Part shown: piece after piece, positions 45,820 to 54,038 of the stretch
Layout: each line of letters begins with the position of its first letter
Numbering within the stretch: the stretch's first letter is position 1
Assembly (NCBI GenBank): GCA_046351535.1
Contig: JAXLYG010000023.1
Location: 1 to 64,000, forward strand
DNA: 64,000 nt
DNA from: Polyangiales bacterium
GTDB lineage: Bacteria; Myxococcota_A; Polyangia; Polyangiales; Ga0077539
Direction of reading: 5' to 3'
Position numbers and translations under genes: made by a program
Notes under the pieces: model-generated
What the model saw: the letters and a program-made list of their open reading frames with translations, nothing else
Told to the model about the DNA's origin: nothing
Database searches by the model: none

Positions 45820-46155
45820 TCACTCGGGGTGGTACACATATCGGGCGTAGCGCTCCGCATAGAACGCCTCGAGCGACAGGCGCGATTCGAACAGCTCCGA
45901 CCAGAGCTCGTAGCCATCGACGAGGGGCGCTCCGTCCTGCTCATAGCCGATTCGCTCGGGGTGGATGGCGAGGTCGCGATCCTTCGCATAGTCGAGCGAC
46001 TCGGCCCTGGCCTTCTCATGGGCCTCGGTCCAGTCTCGCGCGTTGAAGGAGACGACGCGCTCCTCGAAAACGTTGGTTCCGCACTCTTGGTCACGCCGAA
46101 GTGGTAGACGGTTCGGATGGCGTACCAGGGCATCGGGGTCACCCCTGTACGGCAT
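45820..46155 (-). CDS. hypothetical protein (111 aa), acidic/aromatic-rich
   Basis: NVFEERVVSFNARDWTEAHEKARAESLDYAKDRDLAIHPERIGYEQDGAPLVDGYELWSELFESRLSLEAFYAERYARYVYHPE has a natural-looking composition. A second frame upstream (MPWYAIRTVYHFGVTK) suggests a possible frameshift near 46080. Confidence 0.45.
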   Translation of the reverse strand: MPYRGDPDALVRHPNRLPLRRDQECGTNVFEERVVSFNARDWTEAHEKARAESLDYAKDRDLAIHPERIGYEQDGAPLVDGYELWSELFESRLSLEAFYAERYARYVYHPE

Positions 46156-46653
46156 CCTTGAGCGTCCGGGCGAGCGCCATCACCTCCTCGGCGGGGCACG
46201 CGCGCACGAAGACCTGCACCCACGCCGGTAGCATCACGCAGTGTGAGGCATAGAACAGCCTCTCGTCTCGCATCGGGCGTCCGGCGAACACGAAGTCGAT
46301 GCCGTCGGTCTCGTCGAGTCGCAGGTCGAGCGACGTACCGGCTTCCCGCTCCAGACGCGCCTGCTCGTCGATCAGGGGGCGCAGCTTGCGCTTCACCATC
46401 AGCACGGTGTCACTCCCCGAGAAGAGCCTCGCGTCGGCCTTGACCTCGAGCAACCGGGGACCTTGCAAGTCGGCCAGCGTCTTCGCCTGCATGTTGATCC
46501 GGAACACCTCGAAGATGACGTGCGGCCCATGCTCCCTGAGCATCTCGTCCTCTCTCTTGAAGTGTGCCTCGACGGCGTCGTGCCCCTCGATCGTCGTGCC
46601 ATCGACGACGTTCACGACTCGGACATTGTCGTAGCGCGTGTCGGTCTCTTTCA
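46139..46653 (-). CDS. hypothetical protein, NTF2/SnoaL-like fold suspected (171 aa)
   Basis: ATG near 46653 (MKETDTRYDNVRVVNVVDGTTIEGHDAVEAHFKREDEMLREHGPHVIFEVFRINMQ...). The pattern of polar and hydrophobic residues fits a cone-shaped alpha+beta barrel, but this is tentative. Confidence 0.5.
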
Positions 46654-46724
46654 TCGGTTGCACACGTCGCGCAGCCGTCGTCGATCTGGCGCTGCCGATG
46701 GTAGGTCTCTGGAGCGCTCCTCGC

Positions 46725-47432
46725 TCACACCCGACGCGCACGCCCCGCGACGCGCCCCAGGAACGGCGCCACATGCGCCCATGCCTCTCGCGGCCGCGCT
46801 TGCAGGAGGAGGTGCGGCGCATCAACCAGCGCGAACGCAGCGTCCGGTCTCACCGCGCGCATGCGTTCGGCGCTTCGGGCGCTCACGAGTCGATCTCGCC
46901 CCGCGTTCAGGCACAACACAGGACAGCTCAGTTGCTGGAACTCCCGTGCGACATTCACCCGGGAGACCGAGGCGACGCGCTCCGCGATGACCTCACCGCG
47001 CACACCGAGCATCGCACGTCGAACGGTTGCCGCGAGCGCAGCGTCGCCGCCGGTCAGGAACACGCCCAACAGGAACTCGGGCGGCGGTCGGCTCCACATC
47101 TGCGAGGGAACGAGCCGGGAGAGCGCAGAGAGCGGACCGGACAACGGAGGCTCGATGAAGGTGGTGCTGAGCACGACACCCACCACCCGAACGCTCCGAG
47201 CCGCGAGAAGGATCGCGAGCGGTCCAGAGAACGACTCCGCCACGAGCACCACGTCGCCGTCTGGCAGACTGGCCTGCACCCGTTCCGCGAGCTCGGGATA
47301 GCGCTGCGCGCCGTCGTCAGGGAGCCGCAATCGCGCAACTGCGAGCCCCGGTGGCGCGGCTGCGATGAAGGGCGCGAACAGATCCCCCGTTCCGTCGAGA
47401 CCGGGAAGCAACACCGTGGTGGTCTGGCTCAC
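46725..47432 (-). CDS. alpha/beta hydrolase family protein
   Basis: VLLPGLDGTGDLFAPF...DVVLVAESFSGPLAIL carries the nucleophile elbow (GxSxG-like ESFSG) and matches the fold pattern. Confidence 0.7.
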   Translation of the reverse strand: MSQTTTVLLPGLDGTGDLFAPFIAAAPPGLAVARLRLPDDGAQRYPELAERVQASLPDGDVVLVAESFSGPLAILLAARSVRVVGVVLSTTFIEPPLSGPLSALSRLVPSQMWSRPPPEFLLGVFLTGGDAALAATVRRAMLGVRGEVIAERVASVSRVNVAREFQQLSCPVLCLNAGRDRLVSARSAERMRAVRPDAAFALVDAPHLLLQARPREAWAHVAPFLGRVAGRARRV

Positions 47433-47529
47433 GTCGCGGTCTCCGGGTCAGCGCGCGGCCGAAGCGTGCCCGCATGAACCGCCCTCGACACGCGACGTGT
47501 GAGCCCCTCGCCCGTCTGGAACCGTCGCG

Positions 47530-48018
47530 CTACTCAAGCTTCGCAAGCTCCTCCAGCAAGCACGCCTGAAGCTCTTCCCCCAGTTGAAAGAAACCGTCCG
47601 CCGACAAGATCACGTGTCGCGGGCTGGCCCGGTAGGAGCCAGGAAGAAGCTGTCCACCCCTGACCTCGAACCCGCCCACGATGTCCTCAGGCGGCACGGC
47701 GCCGTTCGGCGTTCGAGTCCGCTGGTCGATGACGTAGAGCCAGCCATCACCCTGTCGCCGGGCCGCCGCGACAAGGCCCGAAGCGCCCGGCCCACGACGG
47801 GCGATCACGTCGTGCATGAAGTCTACGAACACGCGGTTCCTCGCGAAGATCGCCGGGGTGATGTCCTCCCCGGGCTTCGGGGGCCGGAGCAGAACGCCGA
47901 CGATCGCCTCGGGCGCAAGCCCGCGCGCGAACACATGTTCGCCAGGCAGACAGCTTACATAGTGCTTGATCCCCTCGGGCGTATTGGACTCGTAGATGCT
48001 CATTGAAAACTCAGCCAT
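47530..48018 (-). CDS. hypothetical protein (163 aa)
   Basis: ATG at 48018 (MAEFSMSIYESNTPEGIKHYVSCLPGEHVFARGLAPEAIVGVLLRPPKPGEDITPAIFARNRVFVDFMHDVIARRG...). Natural-looking composition. No family recognised. Confidence 0.5.
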   Translation of the reverse strand: MAEFSMSIYESNTPEGIKHYVSCLPGEHVFARGLAPEAIVGVLLRPPKPGEDITPAIFARNRVFVDFMHDVIARRGPGASGLVAAARRQGDGWLYVIDQRTRTPNGAVPPEDIVGGFEVRGGQLLPGSYRASPRHVILSADGFFQLGEELQACLLEELAKLE

Positions 48019-48234
48019 CGCACCCCGCTCCTCGCGCTCAACCGCCTGCCACGACTGCCCCAGAGAGATCGACGGTATCATGGGCGCTCGTCGCCCGCCC
48101 CGCCAGCCGCGCCTCGCGCGAAATCGGGGGCGTCACGGTCACCACCCGAGCTGCCATGTCGGTCTCCTACCTCAGTTCATACGGAATGGCGAGCGCGGCC
48201 GGTGTCCGCACACCCGAAACACACGCCCGTCCGA

Positions 48235-48915
48235 TCAAGCCCCCGTCGCGACACCGTTCATGCGGAGCAGCGGTCGGAGACCGTACTCATCTACGGTGCT
48301 CCGACAGAACGCAGATTGGAAGCGCGGATCCTGCACCGACTCGTAGACCGGCCGCCCTCCCGCCTCGTAGCCGACGACGCGCCCATGAACGACACAGGCG
48401 AGCGGAAACGCGCCCGCGAGCCGCACCGTCGCCGAGGGACTGAACGGGTGAGGCGTGTCTCCGCGGGTCGAGGCCACAGGACCGAGCTCCACCACGAGCT
48501 CGGCGCGAAGACCGTTGGCCGCGAACACGAACTGAAACGCGCGAACGGGCCGCGCCACGCCGCCGAGTCCCACCGGATACACGACGCGGCTGACGGTCTC
48601 CTCCGCGGGAATCTCGACGCGCACGCCCGCAAGAAGGAGCTGCGATCGGTCGGGCGTCAGGTCGATCGTCCAGTCGAGCAGCTCGATCTCGTCGCCCCCG
48701 GGACGACCCACCGACTGAAAGCTGTAGGTGAGTCCGCGGCCCTCCTCGACGACGAAGCCACCGTGGAGCGCGAAGGTTCCAGTCGCATCGGTCACCGCGC
48801 CGGTCACGGGTGCAGGCGTGAGGTCGGGCATGAAGCCGGGTACGTGCGTCCCGCCCGCGTCGCACGCGACGAGGAGGGCGAAGGTCACGAGATTGAGCGC
48901 GACGCGATCGGGCAT
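48235..48915 (-). CDS. hypothetical lipoprotein
   Basis: Internal ATG (MPDRVALNLVTFALLVACDAG: lipobox LVAC). Beta-rich mature region. Confidence 0.5.
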   Translation of the reverse strand: MPDRVALNLVTFALLVACDAGGTHVPGFMPDLTPAPVTGAVTDATGTFALHGGFVVEEGRGLTYSFQSVGRPGGDEIELLDWTIDLTPDRSQLLLAGVRVEIPAEETVSRVVYPVGLGGVARPVRAFQFVFAANGLRAELVVELGPVASTRGDTPHPFSPSATVRLAGAFPLACVVHGRVVGYEAGGRPVYESVQDPRFQSAFCRSTVDEYGLRPLLRMNGVATGA

Positions 48916-49027
48916 ACGGTCACTTCGTGGACCTCGACGATACACCGACGGCCCGCCTCTCACGCGCGATCCCTGCTAACCCTCCAGTAACGTCAGTCCG
49001 CCGCCGATCACCGTCGCTCGTCGTCGT

Positions 49028-49118
49028 TGCCGAACGGCTGGCCGATGTGCCGCCGCAGCGGGTGGAGCGGGTTGGCAATGCGTGAGGTGGGGGCGGACGG
49101 CACCATCGGCTTGTTCGG
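49028..49118. repeat. attC-like imperfect inverted repeat, copy 1 (91 bp)
   Basis: Begins gccgaac (RYYYAAC-like, one mismatch) and ends gttcggc (GTTRRRY-like). Inner paired boxes ggctggccgatgtgcc / ggcaccatcggc. Lies ~120 bp downstream of CDS 49241..49849. Confidence 0.5.
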
Positions 49119-49240
49119 CAAGCCTGACTCGGCGACGAACCTAACCGTTGCGATCACGTGCTGCCCCTCCGAGACCGTTGTGCCTTGGTTCGTTGCATCC
49201 ATCCTCGGGGCGCATTCTCTCCCAATTTCGCTCTTATGGA

Positions 49241-49849
49241 TCAACTCTCTTCGTCCGCAGTTCGCTTGGGCTTCGATCCACGCCCTTCACTCACCGTCCG
49301 TACAGATGCGGCGCCCGCTTCAGCCTCCACCGTCGGCAGCCCGATGTACTTACCCTGAAGCGCGACATGCACTCCGTCCGCGCGGTAGTCCGTGAGGATC
49401 ACCTCCACAGTGGATGATAACCGCGAGTAGGTGAGTGATCTGTAGCTCTGCCTAATGGGGGCTATGCCCTCGAGCTCGGGTTGCTCGACCGTGACTCCGT
49501 GGGGGTCGTCGCGATCGGGCACCCCGAGGACGCGAAACGCATCCTCCACCGACTTGATCCCGGCAAGCAGTCGGTCGAGCCGCTGCCGCTCCTCCGGGGA
49601 GATGACGGCAAACAGCAGGTGTCGCTTCGACTCGGGAGCCGCGCCGCCGCAGAATGGGCAGTGGTAGATCCGCAGCGACGCGTTGCCGACCTCGCACGTA
49701 CCGTCGCTGCTAGGGTCGGGGTACACGAAGTTGTACTCGTTCAGTTTCGGGTCGAAGACGATCGGCGATTGCGGATCGTCGGCAGCGCGCTCCAGATAGT
49801 GGCAGGCGCACGACTGCTCAGTCACGGAAGCAAAGGTCGGCTTCGCCAT
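49241..49849 (-). CDS. hypothetical zinc-ribbon-like protein (cassette ORF)
   Basis: ATG at 49849 (MAKPTFASVTEQSCACHYLERAADDPQSPIVFDPKLNEYNFVYPDPSSDGTCEVGNASLRIYHCPFCGG...). CxC…C…CPFC Cys cluster. Lower local GC. Confidence 0.55.
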   Translation of the reverse strand: MAKPTFASVTEQSCACHYLERAADDPQSPIVFDPKLNEYNFVYPDPSSDGTCEVGNASLRIYHCPFCGGAAPESKRHLLFAVISPEERQRLDRLLAGIKSVEDAFRVLGVPDRDDPHGVTVEQPELEGIAPIRQSYRSLTYSRLSSTVEVILTDYRADGVHVALQGKYIGLPTVEAEAGAASVRTVSEGRGSKPKRTADEES

Positions 49850-49913
49850 TGGATCACCTCCACCAACACCGCCGAACGGCCGAGACGGGCCTCGCCAGCG
49901 CGATTGCTTGGAG

Positions 49914-50003
49914 GCCGAACGGCTGGCCGATGTGCCGCCGCCCCGAGGGCCGTGCGGGCTCCGCAAGGGCAGCGGTGGCGGTCGGCACCATCGGCTTGTT
50001 GGG
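49914..50003. repeat. attC-like imperfect inverted repeat, copy 2 (90 bp)
   Basis: gccgaac ... gttgggc, where the terminal core GTTGGGC fits GTTRRRY exactly. Same internal boxes as copy 1. A partial extra gccgaacggcc lies at 49871. ~168 bp downstream of CDS 50171..50707. Confidence 0.5.
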
Positions 50004-50170
50004 CATCCCGCTCGTGCTCGCATCACACGCGTCCGACGCTCTCTGCCGCCTCCTGCTCGTAGCTTTGTTCATCTACCTCTCCGTAGCTGCACCGCCGTGC
50101 CCGTCGGCCAACGCCTGCCGCTCCCTAGCGGGCCGTCGGAGCGGAGGCACATCGAACGGCAGCAAAAGAA

Positions 50171-50707
50171 TCACGCTTCGGAGAAATCCAGGTTCATTGG
50201 GGCGGACTTGATTGAGTACATCGACTGCATGTTGGTGGCGGGCACCGAATCATCGACAGCCTCGAAGCGCACGTCCGCCCAGAAGAGCTCGCCGCTCCCC
50301 GTGAGAATATTCGAGATGAAGATCGCGTTGGCCTCCTCGGGGACGTCGAGCACGCACGCGTAGTGAGTCCATTCTGTAGTTCCGGAGACAGCTGGACGCG
50401 TCTCCATATTGTCGAACGCTAGAGTTCGTCGTGAGCCGTCCGACTCAGCGCCATCGATGCGGAAGCAAATCGCGGCGCGGCCGGTTACATCTACCGTGCG
50501 TAGAGCAGCCGAGAGCCGGACGCGCCTCCCACGATATGGATCGGGCTTGAATACCTGAAACATTGCGCCGAAGCCATCGGCCCCATCAGCCGAACGCCAC
50601 ATCCGAACAACGGGCTTTCCGCTGTGCACCTCAGAACTGACCTCAGCCGAATACGCGTCGCTCCTTGAACCCGTAATGCCCCAGTCCTTCACCGCACAGG
50701 TGCCCAT
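50171..50707 (-). CDS. hypothetical protein (178 aa, cassette ORF)
   Basis: MGTCAVKDWGITGSRSDAYSAEVSSEVHSGKPVVRMWRSADGADGFGAMFQVFKPDPYRG... with natural-looking composition and a lower GC than the flanks. Confidence 0.5.
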   Translation of the reverse strand: MGTCAVKDWGITGSRSDAYSAEVSSEVHSGKPVVRMWRSADGADGFGAMFQVFKPDPYRGRRVRLSAALRTVDVTGRAAICFRIDGAESDGSRRTLAFDNMETRPAVSGTTEWTHYACVLDVPEEANAIFISNILTGSGELFWADVRFEAVDDSVPATNMQSMYSIKSAPMNLDFSEA

Positions 50708-50757
50708 CGGAGTGCCTCCTTCTCGACCGTAGAGGAAATTCGGTGCTTTCGCAGGCT

Positions 50758-50848
50758 GCCCAACGGCTGGCCGATGTGGCGCCGCCCCGAGTCAGGTGAG
50801 TAGTTCGCGAGTTGAGTGGGTGCGGTCGCCACCATCGGCTTGTTCGGC
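50758..50848. repeat. attC-like imperfect inverted repeat, copy 3 (91 bp)
   Basis: gcccaac (exact RYYYAAC) ... gttcggc. Internal boxes ggctggccgatgtggc / gccaccatcggc. Confidence 0.5.
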
Positions 50849-51190
50849 CCGGCGGGTCCAGTGGGCTGATCCACGGGGGCCACAGCCAACCGCTCCGTCG
50901 CTCGGAGTCCGTTGCCCGTCGCTCGCCTCGTGAGTCCCGCCACCGTCACCCTTGCTTTTTGTCGTTCAACACCCATTGCCGCCAACTCGTCAAGAGCTTT
51001 CCGACCGCGTCGACGCCATGACCAGCGAGTTTCTAGCCTGTGAGGGGAGATCGCGGGCGTGGATGGACAGGCGCGTCGGGCGCCCGCTCCGCGCCTCGGA
51101 AACTCTGGTCTACGGACCAATGCACCGGCACCGCGGCATCAGATCAAACCCTCCCGACTACACCTCCCCGTGTCCGAATCTCCTTACCGA

Positions 51191-51568
51191 CTATCGAGCT
51201 GTGCACGCCCTTCCCGAGACGATGGCACCAGAATCCGAAATCACCGCAGCGGTATTACAATGATACTGACTTGTGAGTCTTCTTGAACAGTACGTCGACT
51301 CATCGCACGCGAGTGCGCAGACACGTGACGTCGTATCCACCAAACAAACCACGCCGACTCCACCGCAATCGAAAATATTTTCGCAGTATTTCGTGCACAC
51401 TCCTTGCGGAAACTGAGCGCTTCGCAGGCAAAATGTGCTTGGTGGGCAATCCGCGTTGAGTGAACACGGGGCCGAAATTGGCGAATATTCCTCTGTGGCC
51501 CCACCACACCCTCCACCCTCCCATGCTGACGCGACAGCAAGAATTACCCCCACCTTCACGGAGTTCAC
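51191..51568 (-). CDS. small secreted Cys-rich protein (125 aa, cassette ORF)
   Basis: Signal peptide (MNSVKVGVILAVASAW). 14 Cys (…CSLNADCPPSTFCLRSAQFPQGVCTKYCENIFDCGG…). Low GC. Confidence 0.45.
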   Translation of the reverse strand: MNSVKVGVILAVASAWEGGGCGGATEEYSPISAPCSLNADCPPSTFCLRSAQFPQGVCTKYCENIFDCGGVGVVCLVDTTSRVCALACDESTYCSRRLTSQYHCNTAAVISDSGAIVSGRACTAR

Positions 51569-51612
51569 GGGCTCAACTCCCTACGTCGCCGCCGACCACC
51601 GCCGCCGAAGCT

Positions 51613-51703
51613 GCCGAACGACTGGCCGGTCTGCCGCCGCAGCGAGCCAGGCGCGTAGTTGTTGAGTGAAGTGCAAGCGGTCGGCAGCACCGGCTTGTTC
51701 GGC
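51613..51703. repeat. attC-like imperfect inverted repeat, copy 4 (91 bp)
   Basis: gccgaac ... gttcggc. Begins 34 bp after the stop of CDS 51737..52321. Confidence 0.5.
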
Positions 51704-51736
51704 ATTGTGTTCATCAATTTCGGAGGTCTTCCTCAG

Positions 51737-52321
51737 TCAAAATATCCCGCCGCCGCAGAGCACGAGACCACGGCCGTCGGCCAATGGCAACAGTGTCGGC
51801 GCGAAATACCGAGCCTGCCACTGGGGCGCTTCGGTAGTCTGCCGCGCGCTGTTCGCTGACGAGATCTCGTACGCGACCACTCCGCCTGTGATCCAGCCGA
51901 TCGCGGTCGTGACCATGGGAACGACCGAGAGATCATTATCCGCGAGTTGGAACGGAACACCTACCAGGTAGCCCGCGAACCCGCCTGCCCAGCCGCCGAG
52001 CATGGTCCACCCATAGCCGCCGCCTCCCCCCATCGCATTGCCGGTGAGCGTGATGCCTCCCGGAACCGCGAACCACGTTCCGACGGCGCCTACCACGATG
52101 ATCGAGATTGTACCGGCGCTCGAACTGCCTTCGAAGCCCGCCAGCGCGAGGCCGTAGGTCAAGCCGAAACCGAGCGCGAAGGCCGCGCTCCCTCCGCCAA
52201 CTTCCACGAGCACGCGCCCCGTACTGATAGGACTGATCGGGTGCCCCTGAGCCCACACGTCCGAGGCGCTCATGCACACGGCAAGCGAGAGCGGAACAGA
52301 CCCGGCGATTCGCCAACTCAC
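51737..52321 (-). CDS. secreted Gly-rich hypothetical protein (194 aa, first cassette ORF)
   Basis: Signal peptide (MSWRIAGSVPLSLAVCMSASDVWAQG). Gly/Ala/aromatic-rich repeats (GFGLTYGLALAGFEG; GGGGGYGWTMLGGWAGGFAGYL). Confidence 0.5.
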   Translation of the reverse strand: MSWRIAGSVPLSLAVCMSASDVWAQGHPISPISTGRVLVEVGGGSAAFALGFGLTYGLALAGFEGSSSAGTISIIVVGAVGTWFAVPGGITLTGNAMGGGGGYGWTMLGGWAGGFAGYLVGVPFQLADNDLSVVPMVTTAIGWITGGVVAYEISSANSARQTTEAPQWQARYFAPTLLPLADGRGLVLCGGGIF

Positions 52322-52539
52322 GGGTATGTAGCGCGCAGGCGCCCTGACAGATATGGCATTCGGCTCACGAGCGCTTGGAGGTGAAGGTCTCGGTCTGGCC
52401 CCAATCGACGGCGAGCACTACTGTTCTTGGTAGGTCGCTTGCCCCTATACGCCGCATCTCTCGGCTCACCTAGTGCTCCTCGTTGACCGCCGCTCATCGC
52501 GGCTGCCGAACATCTCATTCACCCGCAGGACGATAACAC

Positions 52540-52990
52540 GCATACGCGCGTCGCGTCCGAACACCTGTCTGCACGCGACGTCCGAACACCCATACGCGCG
52601 TCGCACGGTAACACCCTTCTGCATGCCGCAACAGAGAAACGTCCCGCCCGCCGCGTCCGCTCCCTCCCCGCCCCTACATCCCCCTACCCCACGCGACACA
52701 CACTCCCTCCGTCCGCCACGCCCGCACGCTCCCCTTCACTGAACAACACCCTCTCCGACACTGTGCAACACTCTCCCGGATACTCTGTGACACTATATTT
52801 CATGCGTGTCACACTCGCCCTCCCTTGAAGATCTCCGACACTCTCCCCGTGACACTACAACTCTCTCCGAGAAGATCTCCCACTCTCTCCTGGTGACACT
52901 ACAACTCTCTCCCGCGACATCTCCCAGTCTCTCCCCAAACGACTCGCGCCGCTCCCCTCCCCCCGCGACCTCGCGCCGCTGGACCGGTCG
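52540..52990. other. strand-asymmetric polypyrimidine (C/T/A-rich, G-poor) low-complexity tract with direct repeats and a palindrome
   Basis: The top strand has almost no G for ~450 bp. Direct repeats catacgcgcgtcgc x2, gtccgaacacc x2 and gtgacactacaactctctcc x2. Palindrome ctgtgacactatatttcatgcgtgtcacac includes an AT-rich tatattt box. No plausible ORF. Confidence 0.6.
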
Positions 52991-53210
52991 CGACCCACGT
53001 CCGGGTCTTGTCGCCTGCTCTCGCGAGGGCTGTATCAGCTAGGCAACGCTCAGCCATCGCCCCGCTCCGGAGCTTCGGGGAGCTGTCAGCAACACCCCCC
53101 GTTCGCCGGAGCGAGACGTCGTCAGTGACCATCCTTCACGCGCGGCCACAGCGCGGCCACGGAGGCGCTCCCGCGGACCGGAGCGCCCCCTGTGGGCCCG
53201 GCGTCAGCGG

Positions 53211-53777
53211 TCAGCGGTCGGCCGAGGCGTCGGTGCTCGCGTCGGCACCACCGTCCGCCGCGGCGCACACGCTCGCGGGGATCATCCGGCGCACGGGCGG
53301 GAGCGCGCGGAGGTACCGCGCGACCAGCGTCGCATCGGCCACGGACATCATGCGGTAGCGCGGCATGGTCGGGCACAGCACGCGACCGCCGGCGCCGACG
53401 CCCATGAGAATCGCGGCCACGATGTCGGCCTCGCTGCGGTCTCCGAGGCCGGTCATGTCAGGCGTGAGATTCGATCCGTAGGCCGTGGTCATCGGGCGCG
53501 GATCCGTCTGCCCCGAGAGCACGCCGTCGGCGGCGTTGGTCGATTGATGGCAGTTGCGGCACCCCGAGCGGGCGACCACCGCCTGCCCCGGATCGACGGC
53601 CGCGCCGTCGGACGCGTCGGAGGTCGCATCGGTCGCGACCGGCGTGTCGGACGTCACGTCGCTCGCGGACGGAACGTCGGCGGGGGTCGCCGGGTCGCTG
53701 CTGCACCCGGTCATCGAAGCGAATACGAACGGAACACTGGCCGCAGCCATCTGGATCACCCTACGAATCGTCATCAT
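53211..53777 (-). CDS. c-type cytochrome lipoprotein
   Basis: Start MMTIRRVIQMAAASVPFVFASMTGCSSD (lipobox MTGC). Heme-binding CRNCH (CxxCH). Downstream Met ligand region (PTMPRYRMM). Confidence 0.75.
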   Translation of the reverse strand: MMTIRRVIQMAAASVPFVFASMTGCSSDPATPADVPSASDVTSDTPVATDATSDASDGAAVDPGQAVVARSGCRNCHQSTNAADGVLSGQTDPRPMTTAYGSNLTPDMTGLGDRSEADIVAAILMGVGAGGRVLCPTMPRYRMMSVADATLVARYLRALPPVRRMIPASVCAAADGGADASTDASADR

Positions 53778-54038
53778 CTCGAGAATCCCTCCGAAGTGGT
53801 CATGTGCGAGGAAACCGGGCGCGCCGTCGCGGCCTCCTCGGATACCCCTCGCGGTCACATGACCGAACGAACGAGCGCAACCCTACCTTCAGGCGGGTCG
53901 CGCCGACGATGACATTCGGACCTCATCCCGATATCACCCCAACATCACACACCTGTTCAGACATGGGACGCTTGTTATTCCGCGTTCCATTGCCTACAGC
54001 GTGAGGGGTGTGTCTGTGAGTGCGGACAGAGCCTGTCG

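Noticed and set aside
52322-53210. Integron integrase (intI) divergent from the cassette array
   Set aside because: No ORF with a tyrosine-recombinase-like sequence exists on either strand between the first cassette ORF and the cytochrome c gene, so the array is reported as integrase-less within this window.
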